From: Candidatus Eiseniibacteriota bacterium
Lineage (GTDB): Bacteria > Eisenbacteria > RBG-16-71-46 > CAVPCR01
Assembly: GCA_963702435.1 (NCBI GenBank)
Contig: CAVPCR010000001.1
Coordinates: 1,088,001 to 1,152,000, forward strand
Reading direction: 5' to 3'
DNA length: 64,000 nucleotides
Part shown: positions 49,329-58,590 of the stretch, in pieces
Position numbering within the stretch: the first letter of the stretch is position 1
How the letters are laid out: every line of letters starts with the position of its first letter
The notes under the pieces: model-generated
Database searches by the model: none
The model's input: only the letters and a program-made list of their open reading frames with translations
What the model was told of the DNA's origin: nothing
Made by a program: the position numbers and the translations under genes

Positions 49329-50519
49329 ATGCAGCTTGGCGAGTTGCTGGCCGGTCTCAAGCAGCGGCGGGGTTCCGACCTCTACCTGACCGCCGATGCG
49401 CCGCCGCTGTTCCGCATCGACGGCACCACCACGCCGGCCCTGGATCAAATCTTTGACGGGGCAGCCGTCGAGGCGCTCGTGCGCGCAGCGCTCTCGGAGC
49501 GGGAAGCACGCGAGTTCGACGCCACGCATGAGCTCAACACGGCCCGCCTCATCCCCGGAGTTGGACGCTTCCGCCTCAACGTGTTCCAACAGCGCGGCCA
49601 GATGGGTCTCGTGGCCCGCCTGATTCCGATCGACTTCCCCGGCGCCGATGAGCTCGGCCTGCCGCCGGTACTCAAGACCCTCGTCATGCAGAAGCGCGGC
49701 CTGATCCTGATCACCGGAGCGACCGGGTCGGGCAAGTCCACCACGCTCGCCGCTCTCCTCGACCACCGGAATCGCAACTCGAGGGGACACATCGTCACCA
49801 TCGAGGATCCGATCGAGTTCGTCCATGAACACCGCGGCTGCGTGGTCACCCAGCGGGAAGTCGGCGTCGACACCGATTCGTTTGCCAGCGGTCTCAAGAG
49901 CGCTCTGCGCCAGGCGCCGGATGTGATCCTCATCGGCGAGATGCGTGACGTCGATACAGTCGAAGCCTCGCTCCACTTCTGCGAGACCGGTCATCTCGTC
50001 CTCGGCACGCTCCACGCCAACAACGCGAATCAGGCCATCGAACGCTTCTTGAATTTCTTCCCGCTCGCGGCCCACAACCAGATTTGCGCCCAGCTCGCGC
50101 TCAACGTGCGCGGGATCATCTCCCAGCGCTTGTTGCCGCAGGCCACCGGCGAGGGGCGGGTAGCGGCCATCGAGGTCATGCTGAACACGCCACGGGTCGC
50201 CGACCTGATCGCCAAGGGTGAGATCGCGATGCTCAAGGAGGCCATCGCCGTCAACGCCCAGGACGGCTCGTGCTCGTTCGACCAGGCGCTCTACCGCCTC
50301 TACCGCGCCGGCGACATCACCGTTGAAGAAGCTCTCCGCAACGCCGACAGCGCCAACAACCTGCGGTTGCGCATCAAGATGGAGAATGCCGGCAGCGAGA
50401 CGACCGAGCCGGCCCGATTCAGCCTGCAGCAGGATGCGCCCGGAGAGCCCTGCGCGGCGCGGACTCCTGATCCCGCCCCCGCGGTTGGCCCGCCCGCGAG
50501 CGCGCGCCGCACCGCCTAG
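49329..50519 (+). CDS. pilU: PilT/PilU family ATPase (PilU)
   Basis: GATGSGKSTT, RQAPDVILIGE, TLHANNANQA, LALNVRGIISQRL, ADSANNLRL. Confidence 0.92.
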   Translation: MQLGELLAGLKQRRGSDLYLTADAPPLFRIDGTTTPALDQIFDGAAVEALVRAALSEREAREFDATHELNTARLIPGVGRFRLNVFQQRGQMGLVARLIPIDFPGADELGLPPVLKTLVMQKRGLILITGATGSGKSTTLAALLDHRNRNSRGHIVTIEDPIEFVHEHRGCVVTQREVGVDTDSFASGLKSALRQAPDVILIGEMRDVDTVEASLHFCETGHLVLGTLHANNANQAIERFLNFFPLAAHNQICAQLALNVRGIISQRLLPQATGEGRVAAIEVMLNTPRVADLIAKGEIAMLKEAIAVNAQDGSCSFDQALYRLYRAGDITVEEALRNADSANNLRLRIKMENAGSETTEPARFSLQQDAPGEPCAARTPDPAPAVGPPASARRTA

Positions 50520-50672
50520 CCTTAGCTGAGCCAGCACTGGCAGCCGCCGCGCCGCCACCGGCGGCGCCCGCGGCGGCGCCTCCTCTGCGCCGCCATCCCA
50601 CAGTGGGTCCACCGGTTGCAAGTGCCGCCGGCCCCTCACGGTGCCGGCCCGGGGCCGCACCGCGAACGGGGT

Positions 50673-50699
50673 TCATGTCCGCCGCGGTCCCGCCGATAC
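50673..50699 (+). promoter_or_regulatory. Putative sigma28 promoter of the glycosylation operon
   Basis: TCATG-N14-GCCGATAC, 32 bp upstream of the ATG. Confidence 0.65.
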
Positions 50700-50731
50700 C
50701 TCCGGGGAGGGACCTTTCCAGGAAGGAGAGC

Positions 50732-53125
50732 ATGGAGGATCTCAGACTCAGGGACATCGAGTCGCTCATCGACTCCGGACGGTACGACCTCCTCAGTGTC
50801 GACCTCTTCGACACGCTCCTGTGGCGCGCGGTCCCTGCTCCGCGTGACGTTTTCTATCTAGTCGGCAGCGAACTCCTGGAGCGGGGATGGGTGCATGACT
50901 CGTCGTCGCCGTCGAGCTTCGTCAAGGAGCGCGCCGGCGCCGAGACACGCGCCCGCCAACGCAAGCGCTCCGGCGAGGTCAACCTGGCGGAGATCTACGC
51001 CGAGTTCCCGCGCGGATACCTGCGCGGCACGACCCCGTCCGCGGTCGCCGCGCTCGAGTTCGAGATCGAGCGCCGAATCGTGCGCGTCGATGCCGGCATG
51101 CATGCGGTGGTGGAACGTGCTCGCCGCCGCGGCCTCGCGATCGCCTTCGTTTCGGACACCTACTTCACGACGCCCCAGATCGCCGCGCTCGCACCGGTCG
51201 GCGCCGACTACATCCTCCTCTCCAACGAGCAGAACCGCTCCAAGGCCCAGGGACTGCACCAGCTGCTTCTCAACACCTCGGGCATCGAGCCGGGGCGCGT
51301 CCTGCACGTCGGGAACGACTACCAGGCGGACATCGACGGTCCCGGCGTGCTCGGCATCGAGCGCTACTGGTATCGCCAGTGGCCGGAGTGCTATGCCGAG
51401 TTGCCGGGCCTGGAGCTGCCCGCCGTCCTGAGCCGGCGCGAAGCACTCCTGCGCTGCGGCGATGCCGGACTCACCGCGCTCAGGACCCGCGTGCTCCACA
51501 CCACCGCCGATCCCTACGAGCGCTGGGGAGCGGCGATCCTCGGCCCCATCGTCAGCGGATTCTGCGACTGGGTCGCCGCGAGATGCGGCGCGCTCGACAT
51601 CTCCCTGGCGCTTTGCCTCATGCGGGAGGGCCGCATCTTCAAGCGGGTGCTCGATCTGCAGAACAGCGGTCTCAAGACCGGCGAGTTCTATGTGTCCCGC
51701 TTCATCGCGCGCAAGGCGGCGATCTTCGACGGCACGGAGGCGGAGCTCGGCGCCTTCGTCTTGCGCCCCTCTCCGCAGGAGAAGAGCCGGATGCTCCAGC
51801 AGCTCGGGCTCGCGGCAGAAAACGTGGGCGGAGGCGATCCCGCGGCGCTCCTCGCGCCCCGGGATGCGATCGCTCTCATCAGGAGGATCTGCGCCGACCA
51901 GGGCCTCCGCCGCCGAGTGGTCGCCGCGAGCGCCGAGGCGCGGCAGAACCTGCTCGCCCACCTCGACACGCTGCTTCCCCATTGCGCGGCTGGATCGCGC
52001 ATCGCGCTGGTCGACCTGGGCTACAAGGGGACGATTCAGGAATGCCTCCAGCGCATCTTCGACCGCGAGCGCCCAGAGCTCAAGAGCCACGGTCTCTACC
52101 TCGTGACCGGCGGCGATGTATTCGAGACGCAGGCGACCGGCGCCCCCGCCGAGGGATGGTTGGCCGAGAACGGGCAGCCGATCGCGATGGCGCACACGTT
52201 CATGCGCTCGCCGGAGATCGTGGAACAGAGCCTGATGGCGCCGGTTGGAACCTGCATCGGCCACGCTCCCAGCGGAGAGCCGGTGCTCGATGCGCTGCAT
52301 GTGCCGGCCGACCAGCTCGCGCAGATCGCAGCGATCCAACGCGGGGTGCTCATCCATGCCGAGGCCTGGCGCCGGCACCGGGAGGACATGCCCCTCCCCG
52401 ACGCGGGCCAGCTCAGGGCGCTCTACCAGGCCATCTGCATCCGCGCGGTGGCGCGCCCGCTGCCGGTCGAGCTCGAGCTCTTCTCCGGCTGGCATCACGA
52501 CGAGAACTTCGGCGCGGCGACCGCCCGGGGGCTCTGTGAGATCGTGGGGGTAGCGGACTGGGAGCTCTCGCACATGTCCCCGCACCAGCTCGCCAGCCTG
52601 CCCGCGTCGCGCCTCTACTGGCCATGCGGCCTCGCCCATCGCCTGCACCCGGCGATGGGCGAGGCGGTGGCCAACATCTTCTTGCGCACGGCGGACCCGG
52701 CCGTGTTCGATGCCGCGCACGACACGCAGTATCTCGTGGCCTACTGGGATACGGGGGACGGCTTCAACCGCGAACAGGCCAGCATCCATCCCTACCGACT
52801 CAACAACCGGGGCCGCGTCTGGCAGCGCTTCAACCTGGGGCACAAGGGGACACCGGCCCGGCGCCTGGGCCTGAGCGTCGGCCTCCGCGATCAGGTGCTG
52901 AGTCTCGCCGGAGTGGCGGTGCACGGCCATGCGGATCACGGCCGCTCCTTCACCCGCCGCCTGCCCCACGAGATCGTCGAGAAGCTCGGGTACCGGCATC
53001 TGGGACGAAACCTCTACCAGGTGGACGCGGACGCACCGCTCCTCGTGGTCCCCCTCGAGGATGTCCCCGCGGACACGCGACAGGTCGACGTGGACATCTT
53101 CTTCGGACTGGTCATCGAGGGATAG
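50732..53125 (+). CDS. HAD-superfamily hydrolase of the polysaccharide/glycan-locus type
   Basis: SVDLFDTLLWR, VSDTY, HVGNDYQADI, LMREG, VDLGYKGTIQ. Confidence 0.85.
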   Translation: MEDLRLRDIESLIDSGRYDLLSVDLFDTLLWRAVPAPRDVFYLVGSELLERGWVHDSSSPSSFVKERAGAETRARQRKRSGEVNLAEIYAEFPRGYLRGTTPSAVAALEFEIERRIVRVDAGMHAVVERARRRGLAIAFVSDTYFTTPQIAALAPVGADYILLSNEQNRSKAQGLHQLLLNTSGIEPGRVLHVGNDYQADIDGPGVLGIERYWYRQWPECYAELPGLELPAVLSRREALLRCGDAGLTALRTRVLHTTADPYERWGAAILGPIVSGFCDWVAARCGALDISLALCLMREGRIFKRVLDLQNSGLKTGEFYVSRFIARKAAIFDGTEAELGAFVLRPSPQEKSRMLQQLGLAAENVGGGDPAALLAPRDAIALIRRICADQGLRRRVVAASAEARQNLLAHLDTLLPHCAAGSRIALVDLGYKGTIQECLQRIFDRERPELKSHGLYLVTGGDVFETQATGAPAEGWLAENGQPIAMAHTFMRSPEIVEQSLMAPVGTCIGHAPSGEPVLDALHVPADQLAQIAAIQRGVLIHAEAWRRHREDMPLPDAGQLRALYQAICIRAVARPLPVELELFSGWHHDENFGAATARGLCEIVGVADWELSHMSPHQLASLPASRLYWPCGLAHRLHPAMGEAVANIFLRTADPAVFDAAHDTQYLVAYWDTGDGFNREQASIHPYRLNNRGRVWQRFNLGHKGTPARRLGLSVGLRDQVLSLAGVAVHGHADHGRSFTRRLPHEIVEKLGYRHLGRNLYQVDADAPLLVVPLEDVPADTRQVDVDIFFGLVIEG

Positions 53126-53935
53126 ATGGCGGATCTGCTTCTGCATTCGATGGCGGAGCTGGCCGAGATCGTGCTGCCGGTGCTCGAACTGGCCGGCGCC
53201 AAAGTGACTGTCGAGGTGGGAGCCGAGCATGGCACGATGACGCGCCTCTTGATCGAGCATGCCGCGAGCCAGAGCGGCCGCCTCATCGCCATCGATCCGC
53301 AGCCTACAGCCGCGACCAGGGCGCTGTTTGCCGGGCATGCGCACGCCGACCTGAGAGAGGATCTGAGTCTCGACGTGTTGCCCACGGTGGCTGCCGATGC
53401 GTACCTCATCGACGGCGACCACAACTACTACACGGTGCTCCACGAGTCGGAGATCATCTGGAATCGCTGCCGGCAGGACGGACGGCCCTTTCTGGTGCTC
53501 TACCACGACGTCGGGTGGCCCTGTGGGCGCCGCGATCTGTACTACGCTCCCGATCGCATCCCCGCGGCCTACCGGCAACCGCACACCTGGGACCACGGCC
53601 TGACCCTGGACCAGCCCGGCGTGATTCGCGGCGGGTTCCGGGGCGCCGGCGCGTGGGCCTCGGCGCTCACGGCCGGCGGCCCCCGGAACGGTGTCCTCAC
53701 CGCCATCGAGGACTTCGTCGCCGGGAAGGAGAGCCAACTGGTCTGGGCCGCGATCCCGGCCGTGTTCGGGCTGGGTGTCCTCTTTGCACGCGACGCGTCC
53801 TGGTCGACGGCGGTGGCGGACTTCCTGGCTCCCTACCACATGAACCCTCTCCTCGCCCGCCTCGAACGGAACAGGTTGGAGTGCTACCTCCGGGTGCTCG
53901 AGTGGCAGGATCGGGATCGTGAACAAGCTGCATGA
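53126..53935 (+). CDS. Class I SAM-dependent methyltransferase (Methyltransf_24-like)
   Basis: VEVGAEHG, AIDP, IDGDHNY, HDVGWP..RRD.YY, NGVLTAIEDF. Confidence 0.88.
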   Translation: MADLLLHSMAELAEIVLPVLELAGAKVTVEVGAEHGTMTRLLIEHAASQSGRLIAIDPQPTAATRALFAGHAHADLREDLSLDVLPTVAADAYLIDGDHNYYTVLHESEIIWNRCRQDGRPFLVLYHDVGWPCGRRDLYYAPDRIPAAYRQPHTWDHGLTLDQPGVIRGGFRGAGAWASALTAGGPRNGVLTAIEDFVAGKESQLVWAAIPAVFGLGVLFARDASWSTAVADFLAPYHMNPLLARLERNRLECYLRVLEWQDRDREQAA

Positions 53936-55427
53936 GCGGGCGCTCGCGCACCATCGCCGCGGAGACCTGGCCCAGGCGGAGAGCCTCTACCGGCGCATCC
54001 TCCGGAACGAGCCCGATCACCCCGACGCCCTCCACCTGCTCGGTTGCATCGAGCTCCGTCGTGGGCGCAACGCGCGCGCGATCGAGCTCATGCAGCGGGC
54101 GATCGCCATGGCGCCGGGAACCGCTCTCTACCACGAGAACCTGGCCGAGGCCCATCACCGCAGCGGCCAGCGCGAGCTCGCGGCGGTCGAGTGTCAGCTC
54201 GCGCTTCGTTGCGAGCCCGGGCGCGCCGCTGCTCTCAACCGCCTCGGCGTGATCGCCATGGAGGAGGGCGAGTACGACGCCGCCCAGGAGTTCTTGGCGC
54301 AGGCCTTGCGATCGCGGCCAGCCTATGCCGAGGCGCTGATCAACCTGGGCGCGGTTCTGACCAGGATTGGAGACTTCGAGCTCGCCCTGCAGTCGACCGA
54401 TCTCGCCCTGCGCCTGGAGCCGCAGAATCCGCTGGCGTGGAACAACCATGGGCTGGCGCTCAAGGGCCACGGCCGCTGGCGGGAGGCGAAGGCGGCCTTT
54501 GCGCGCGCCGGGACCCTGCCCATGGCGCAGTTCAACCTCGGATACATCCATCTGCTGGAGGGCGACCTGGCTGCGGGGCTGCCCCTGTGCGAGGCGCGCA
54601 AGCAGCTCACCCCTCGTCGCCACGCGCTCGCGGGCGCCGAGTGGAATGGACCGGCCACCGGCCGCGAGCGATTGCTGGTGGTCCACGAGCAGGGCATGGG
54701 CGACACCATCCTCGTGAGCGGTCTCTTCGCGCCTCTCCTGGCGCGATTCGGTGCAGTGACGGTGCTCGTGCAGGAGCAGCTGGTGCGCCTTGTTGCCGGG
54801 CTGGATCCGGGCCTCCGAGTCACCGCCAGTCTCTCGGGGGTGGAGTACGACCTCTGGGTGTCGGCGATGAGCCTGCCCTTCGCCCTCGGCATTCGCTCGC
54901 CGGCCGATCTCCCCAGAGCACCGTGGATCCCCCGGCCGGCCCGAGCGCGAACGGCGGACCGCCTGCGCGCGGGCATCAACTGGGCCGGCAACCCGTCCTT
55001 CCACTTCGACCGGACGCGATCGACGCACCTGGCCGTGCTCGAGCCGCTGCTGGCCATCCCCGGCATCGAGTGGGTCTCGCTGCACAAGGGGCATCGCGAA
55101 GAGGAAGCCGACCGTTTCGGGTTGCCGCAGCCGCTGCGCCAGGCTTCTGACTTCCTCGATACGGCGGCCGTGCTGGCCGAGCTCGATCTGGTGGTGTCCA
55201 CCGAGACGGCCGTGCCGAACCTGTCGGCGGCGATGGGCATCCCGACCTGCATCCTGGCCGCCGTGGACCATGATTGGCGCTGGCGCACCTGGTACCGCGA
55301 CGTGCGCGTGTGTGCACAGGACGCGCCGGGCGACTGGTCCTCGGCCCTGGCGAAGGCGATGCGCGCGGTGTCCGAGATGACGCGAGCCGGGACCCGGAGC
55401 CCGCGGACGGAGGAGAGAGCGGCCTAG
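53919..55427 (+). CDS. TPR-containing GT9-like glycosyltransferase
   Basis: N-terminal TPRs; EQGMGDTI, MSLP, GINWAGNP, DFLDTAA..LDLVVSTETAV. Confidence 0.88.
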   Translation: MNKLHERALAHHRRGDLAQAESLYRRILRNEPDHPDALHLLGCIELRRGRNARAIELMQRAIAMAPGTALYHENLAEAHHRSGQRELAAVECQLALRCEPGRAAALNRLGVIAMEEGEYDAAQEFLAQALRSRPAYAEALINLGAVLTRIGDFELALQSTDLALRLEPQNPLAWNNHGLALKGHGRWREAKAAFARAGTLPMAQFNLGYIHLLEGDLAAGLPLCEARKQLTPRRHALAGAEWNGPATGRERLLVVHEQGMGDTILVSGLFAPLLARFGAVTVLVQEQLVRLVAGLDPGLRVTASLSGVEYDLWVSAMSLPFALGIRSPADLPRAPWIPRPARARTADRLRAGINWAGNPSFHFDRTRSTHLAVLEPLLAIPGIEWVSLHKGHREEEADRFGLPQPLRQASDFLDTAAVLAELDLVVSTETAVPNLSAAMGIPTCILAAVDHDWRWRTWYRDVRVCAQDAPGDWSSALAKAMRAVSEMTRAGTRSPRTEERAA

Positions 55428-55822
55428 GCCGCCTTCTTCACCCGGGTGGAGAGCGCGAGGGCAATGCGCTCGAGCAGCGTCTCCATGGTGAACGGCTTGA
55501 GGATGTAACCGTTGGCGCCGGCGGCGATGGCCTGTTCCACGTCGCCACGAGCGTGGCGCGAGGTCACGACGATGATGGCTGGGCGTGCCGCCTCTCCGGG
55601 CGCCTCCCGGGATCCGATCTCACGGACGAGATCGAGACCGCTGCCGTCGGGCAAGTCCCGCTCGATGATGACGACGGCGAGATTCGCTCCGCTCTGTGCG
55701 AGCGACGCGCGCGCATCGCTGAGATGGCTGGCGACGGCCACATCGTCGCAGCCGACCTGACGCAGGGCGCGGCTCAGGATGCGAGTCGTGGTTGCGGACG
55801 GATCGACGACGAGTCCCTTCAT
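55424..55822 (-). CDS. CheY-like single-domain response regulator, atypical
   Basis: LVVDPS, IERDLPDGSG (Asp replaced by Glu), IIVVTS, GANGYILKPF. Confidence 0.85.
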   Translation of the reverse strand: MKGLVVDPSATTTRILSRALRQVGCDDVAVASHLSDARASLAQSGANLAVVIIERDLPDGSGLDLVREIGSREAPGEAARPAIIVVTSRHARGDVEQAIAAGANGYILKPFTMETLLERIALALSTRVKKAA

Positions 55823-56160
55823 CGTTCCGCGGTCGAGGTGGGCGGCTGCCCGAGCTCATGCGCGAGGCGACTCAATGTGCGGGCGCGCACCTCCGGGCGG
55901 TCGTAGAACCCGGACGCGATCCGCGCGAGAACCTCGCGCGCCCGCTCCGGATCGAGGTCAAGGGGCGATCCGACCGGGGCTCCTGACGCCGCCAGGAGCT
56001 CGCGAGCGGTTCCCGAGATCTCGACCGCATCCCCCGCTGTGCTCTGGCTCCCGGCAGGGCCGGGGCCGACCGGCTCGCGCGCCGGCGCCGGCGTCGATTC
56101 CCGCGGTCGCTTGGGTCCCGGGCCCGAGGCCGGTCCCGATCCGCTTGGATGAACCTCCAT
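55819..56160 (-). CDS. flgM: FlgM-like anti-sigma28 factor
   Basis: GDAVEISGTAREL..ERAREVLARIASGFY motif; GGGAGG RBS; sigma28 promoter upstream. Confidence 0.65.
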   Translation of the reverse strand: MEVHPSGSGPASGPGPKRPRESTPAPAREPVGPGPAGSQSTAGDAVEISGTARELLAASGAPVGSPLDLDPERAREVLARIASGFYDRPEVRARTLSRLAHELGQPPTSTAER

Positions 56161-56225
56161 GGCATCCTCCCGCTGTTTGAGGCGCGGGTTGACCAGAGCC
56201 TCCGGGCTCTGACTACCCTGTCTCA

Positions 56226-56252
56226 GTATCGGCTGGCGCGTGGAGAACTTGA
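56226..56252 (-). promoter_or_regulatory. Sigma28 promoter
   Basis: TCAAGTTC-N11-GCCGATAC against the consensus TAAAGTTT-N11-GCCGATAA. Confidence 0.8.
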
Positions 56253-56355
56253 GGTCGGTTCCCGGATTGGGTCGCGAGCCCCGCCTGAGCCCGCCGGCGA
56301 TGGAGCGGAGGAGATGGCGCTGCCCCATGGTCTCGACCTGTGCGATCTTGCCACC

Positions 56356-56727
56356 CTAGTTGGCGATGAACTCGATCATCAGGACCATGCCGGCCCTCGC
56401 GGGCACCGCGCGCACCTGCGCCAGACCGGAACATACGGGTTGTGTACCGAAGGGTTGTGTGCCGAAGGTCCGACTCGAGCCCGCCGCCGCGCCCGCTCGC
56501 CAGGCCAGCCACAACCGCTCGGCTTCGAGCGCGACAACCCGGCCCGAGCTGCCGAGAACGAGCGCGGAGGCTTCGATCGCAGCCCCATCGCGAGCGGGGA
56601 CACGAGCAGGACCGCCCGAGAGGGGCGATACGTCGGCACCGGCGACGGCCGCGAGCAAGACCGCCGCGGCCGCCCACGTCCGGCGCGGCGCCGGTCTAGA
56701 ACGGTGACGGCGCGGAAGGCCGCGCAT
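56356..56727 (-). CDS. Possible secreted hypothetical protein or decayed gene
   Basis: Signal-like RRTWAAAAVLLAAVAGA; contains a 15-bp internal duplication; no recognisable domain. Confidence 0.3.
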   Translation of the reverse strand: MRGLPRRHRSRPAPRRTWAAAAVLLAAVAGADVSPLSGGPARVPARDGAAIEASALVLGSSGRVVALEAERLWLAWRAGAAAGSSRTFGTQPFGTQPVCSGLAQVRAVPARAGMVLMIEFIAN

Positions 56728-57136
56728 GACCGACGCCCTCCGGCAGTCCAGCGCCCGCCGCAGCAACATTGGCCGAGAGGCCGGCGGCTATATGGCGGTT
56801 GATTTCGATCAGCGCGGTGAGCTTCTCCGGATAGGGTTCGGCGATCACCTCGATGGTGCGCCGATCGATGAACAGACTCAGCCGGAGGATATCCCGGCGC
56901 AGATCCATCGGCAGCCCGTGGTCGGGCTCGACCAGCTCACTCTGGAAGAACGTCCACAGGCGCCGGTTGTGCGCCAGGGCGTCATGCAAGCGCTCGCTGC
57001 AGTCAGGTGCGTTCCACTTCTCCTGACATTCCTCGAGCCGGCGGGCCGCCTTGAACAGAGCTCCCGCCTCGAGTTGACGCCCGCTGGCGGTCGTCTTCGT
57101 CCCCTGATCGTAGGCTTGCTTCACGCTAACGAACAT
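56696..57136 (-). CDS. flaF: Flagellar biosynthesis regulator FlaF
   Basis: AY..SGRQLEA..L.KAA..AL.HNRRLWT..LPMDLR..LSLFI..LIEINRHIAAGL. Confidence 0.92.
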   Translation of the reverse strand: MFVSVKQAYDQGTKTTASGRQLEAGALFKAARRLEECQEKWNAPDCSERLHDALAHNRRLWTFFQSELVEPDHGLPMDLRRDILRLSLFIDRRTIEVIAEPYPEKLTALIEINRHIAAGLSANVAAAGAGLPEGVGHARPSAPSPF

Positions 57137-57515
57137 GATCGATCAACTCTCTCTCTTTCGCGAAGAGGTTGCGGGCCTTCTTGATCGCGCGATAGAGATT
57201 GCCCGCCTGAACCAGCTCCTGGATGTCGCCGAGGGTCGGCCCGAGACTCGGCGCCGCCGTGGCCGCCTCCTCCATCAGCACCGCCAGCGACTGGCGATGG
57301 GCGTCGGCGCGACCGGGATCGACATAGAGGAGCTGCAGCGCCAGGTAGATGCGCTCGCACGCGGTGTTCACGCATCCGGGCCCCAGGATGTCAGCTTCTC
57401 TGAGCACCGGGACATCATTCTCGATCAGGAGCTGTGTCCGGCAGTTGCCGTTGCGGACCACGGACCCACCGATGATCAGGCGCTCGTGCGGCTTGAGCTC
57501 GAGTTTGAGAGGCAT
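57126..57515 (-). CDS. flbT: Flagellar biosynthesis repressor FlbT
   Basis: MPLKLELKPHERLIIGGSVVRNG..VLREADIL..T..ERIYLALQLLY..YRAIKKARNL..E. Confidence 0.93.
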   Translation of the reverse strand: MPLKLELKPHERLIIGGSVVRNGNCRTQLLIENDVPVLREADILGPGCVNTACERIYLALQLLYVDPGRADAHRQSLAVLMEEAATAAPSLGPTLGDIQELVQAGNLYRAIKKARNLFAKERELIDHVR

Positions 57516-57535
57516 GCGCCGTCCCTGCTTAGGAG

Positions 57536-57618
57536 ACGGTCCCGGCGGAGCTTGCGCCCGCCGGGACCGTTCCTGTGACTCCGGACGGAGACCGCTCGGC
57601 ATCCTCCGCCGGTCTCCG
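57536..57618. terminator. Two GC-rich hairpins between flagellin and flbT
   Basis: ACGGTCCCGGCGG-N9-CCGCCGGGACCGT (57536-57570) and CGGAGACCG-N15-CGGTCTCCG (57586-57618). Confidence 0.6.
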
Positions 57619-57676
57619 GCCGTTTCCATTCGCTTCACGCTCGGAACCTCCGAGCTCGCGCTGTCCTTCTGCGGGT

Positions 57677-58489
57677 CTAAAACAACCGGAGAACGCTCTG
57701 CTGCGCCTGGCTCGAGAGCCCCAGGGCGACGATGCCCAGTTGCTGCCGGGTCTGCAGCGCGAGCATGTTCGCCCCCTCCTCGTTCGGGTCGGCCAGCGTG
57801 AGCTGATCCGCTCCGGTCTGCAGAGAGGCGATCATGCTCGACGTGAACTCGAGCCGCGTGTTCACGACGCCGAGGTTCGACGACAGGGTCTGCGACTCGG
57901 AACGCAGCGTGGTCAGGGCCGCGTCCAGATCGGCCGCTGCCGCGTCGAGATCGGTGTTGGCCACCCAGCTGTTGGCGGCGGCATCGATCGACAGACCGGT
58001 CGAGCTGGCATCGAACCCGGCGATGGTGATGTTGTTGCTGCCATCCTCGTTGAAGGCAACGACCAGGTCGTCCGCACCGAGAAGGTTGGTGCCGCGGTAG
58101 GACGAGTCGCTGGAGAGCTGATCGATCTGACTCCGGAGCTCATCGTACTGCGCGGCCAGCGTGGCGCGGGTCGTGGCGTCGCCGCTACGAGCGGAGGCGA
58201 TGAGACCCTTGGCCTGCTCGATGATGGAGGTGAGGCCCTTGATGCCCTCGGTCGCCGTCCGCACCGTCTGCACGCCCTCGCCCATGGCTTCCTTGCGCAC
58301 AGCCAGGTCGGCGGCGCGGCTCAGGTGGTTCTGGGCCGCGAAGTAGGCCTGCGGATCATCGAGCGGACTATTGACCTTCTTGCCGCTGGAGAGCCGCTCG
58401 GCCGTCCTGCTCATCAGACCTGACACGAGCTGGAGGCTGAGGAGGCTCTGCCGGGCGTCAGCCGATAGGGTGATGTTGCTGAGTGCCAT
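57677..58489 (-). CDS. Short flagellin (270 aa)
   Basis: ITLSADARQSLLSLQ..RLSSGKKVNSPLDD..SYRGTNLL..LTLADPNEEGANMLALQTRQQL..QQSVLRLF. Confidence 0.95.
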   Translation of the reverse strand: MALSNITLSADARQSLLSLQLVSGLMSRTAERLSSGKKVNSPLDDPQAYFAAQNHLSRAADLAVRKEAMGEGVQTVRTATEGIKGLTSIIEQAKGLIASARSGDATTRATLAAQYDELRSQIDQLSSDSSYRGTNLLGADDLVVAFNEDGSNNITIAGFDASSTGLSIDAAANSWVANTDLDAAAADLDAALTTLRSESQTLSSNLGVVNTRLEFTSSMIASLQTGADQLTLADPNEEGANMLALQTRQQLGIVALGLSSQAQQSVLRLF

Positions 58490-58590
58490 GCCAACGAAAC
58501 CCCTTTCTAGGGTGAAAGACCCCGTTCTGGAGTCAGGAGTCGACTGCTTCCGACCGTGAGGCCGGGCCCATCATCCGACGGGCTCATCTA

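Noticed and set aside
56300..56420. TonB-C-like fragment interrupted by a TAG stop
   Set aside because: The resemblance (MVLMIEFIAN*GGKIAQV) is too short to support.
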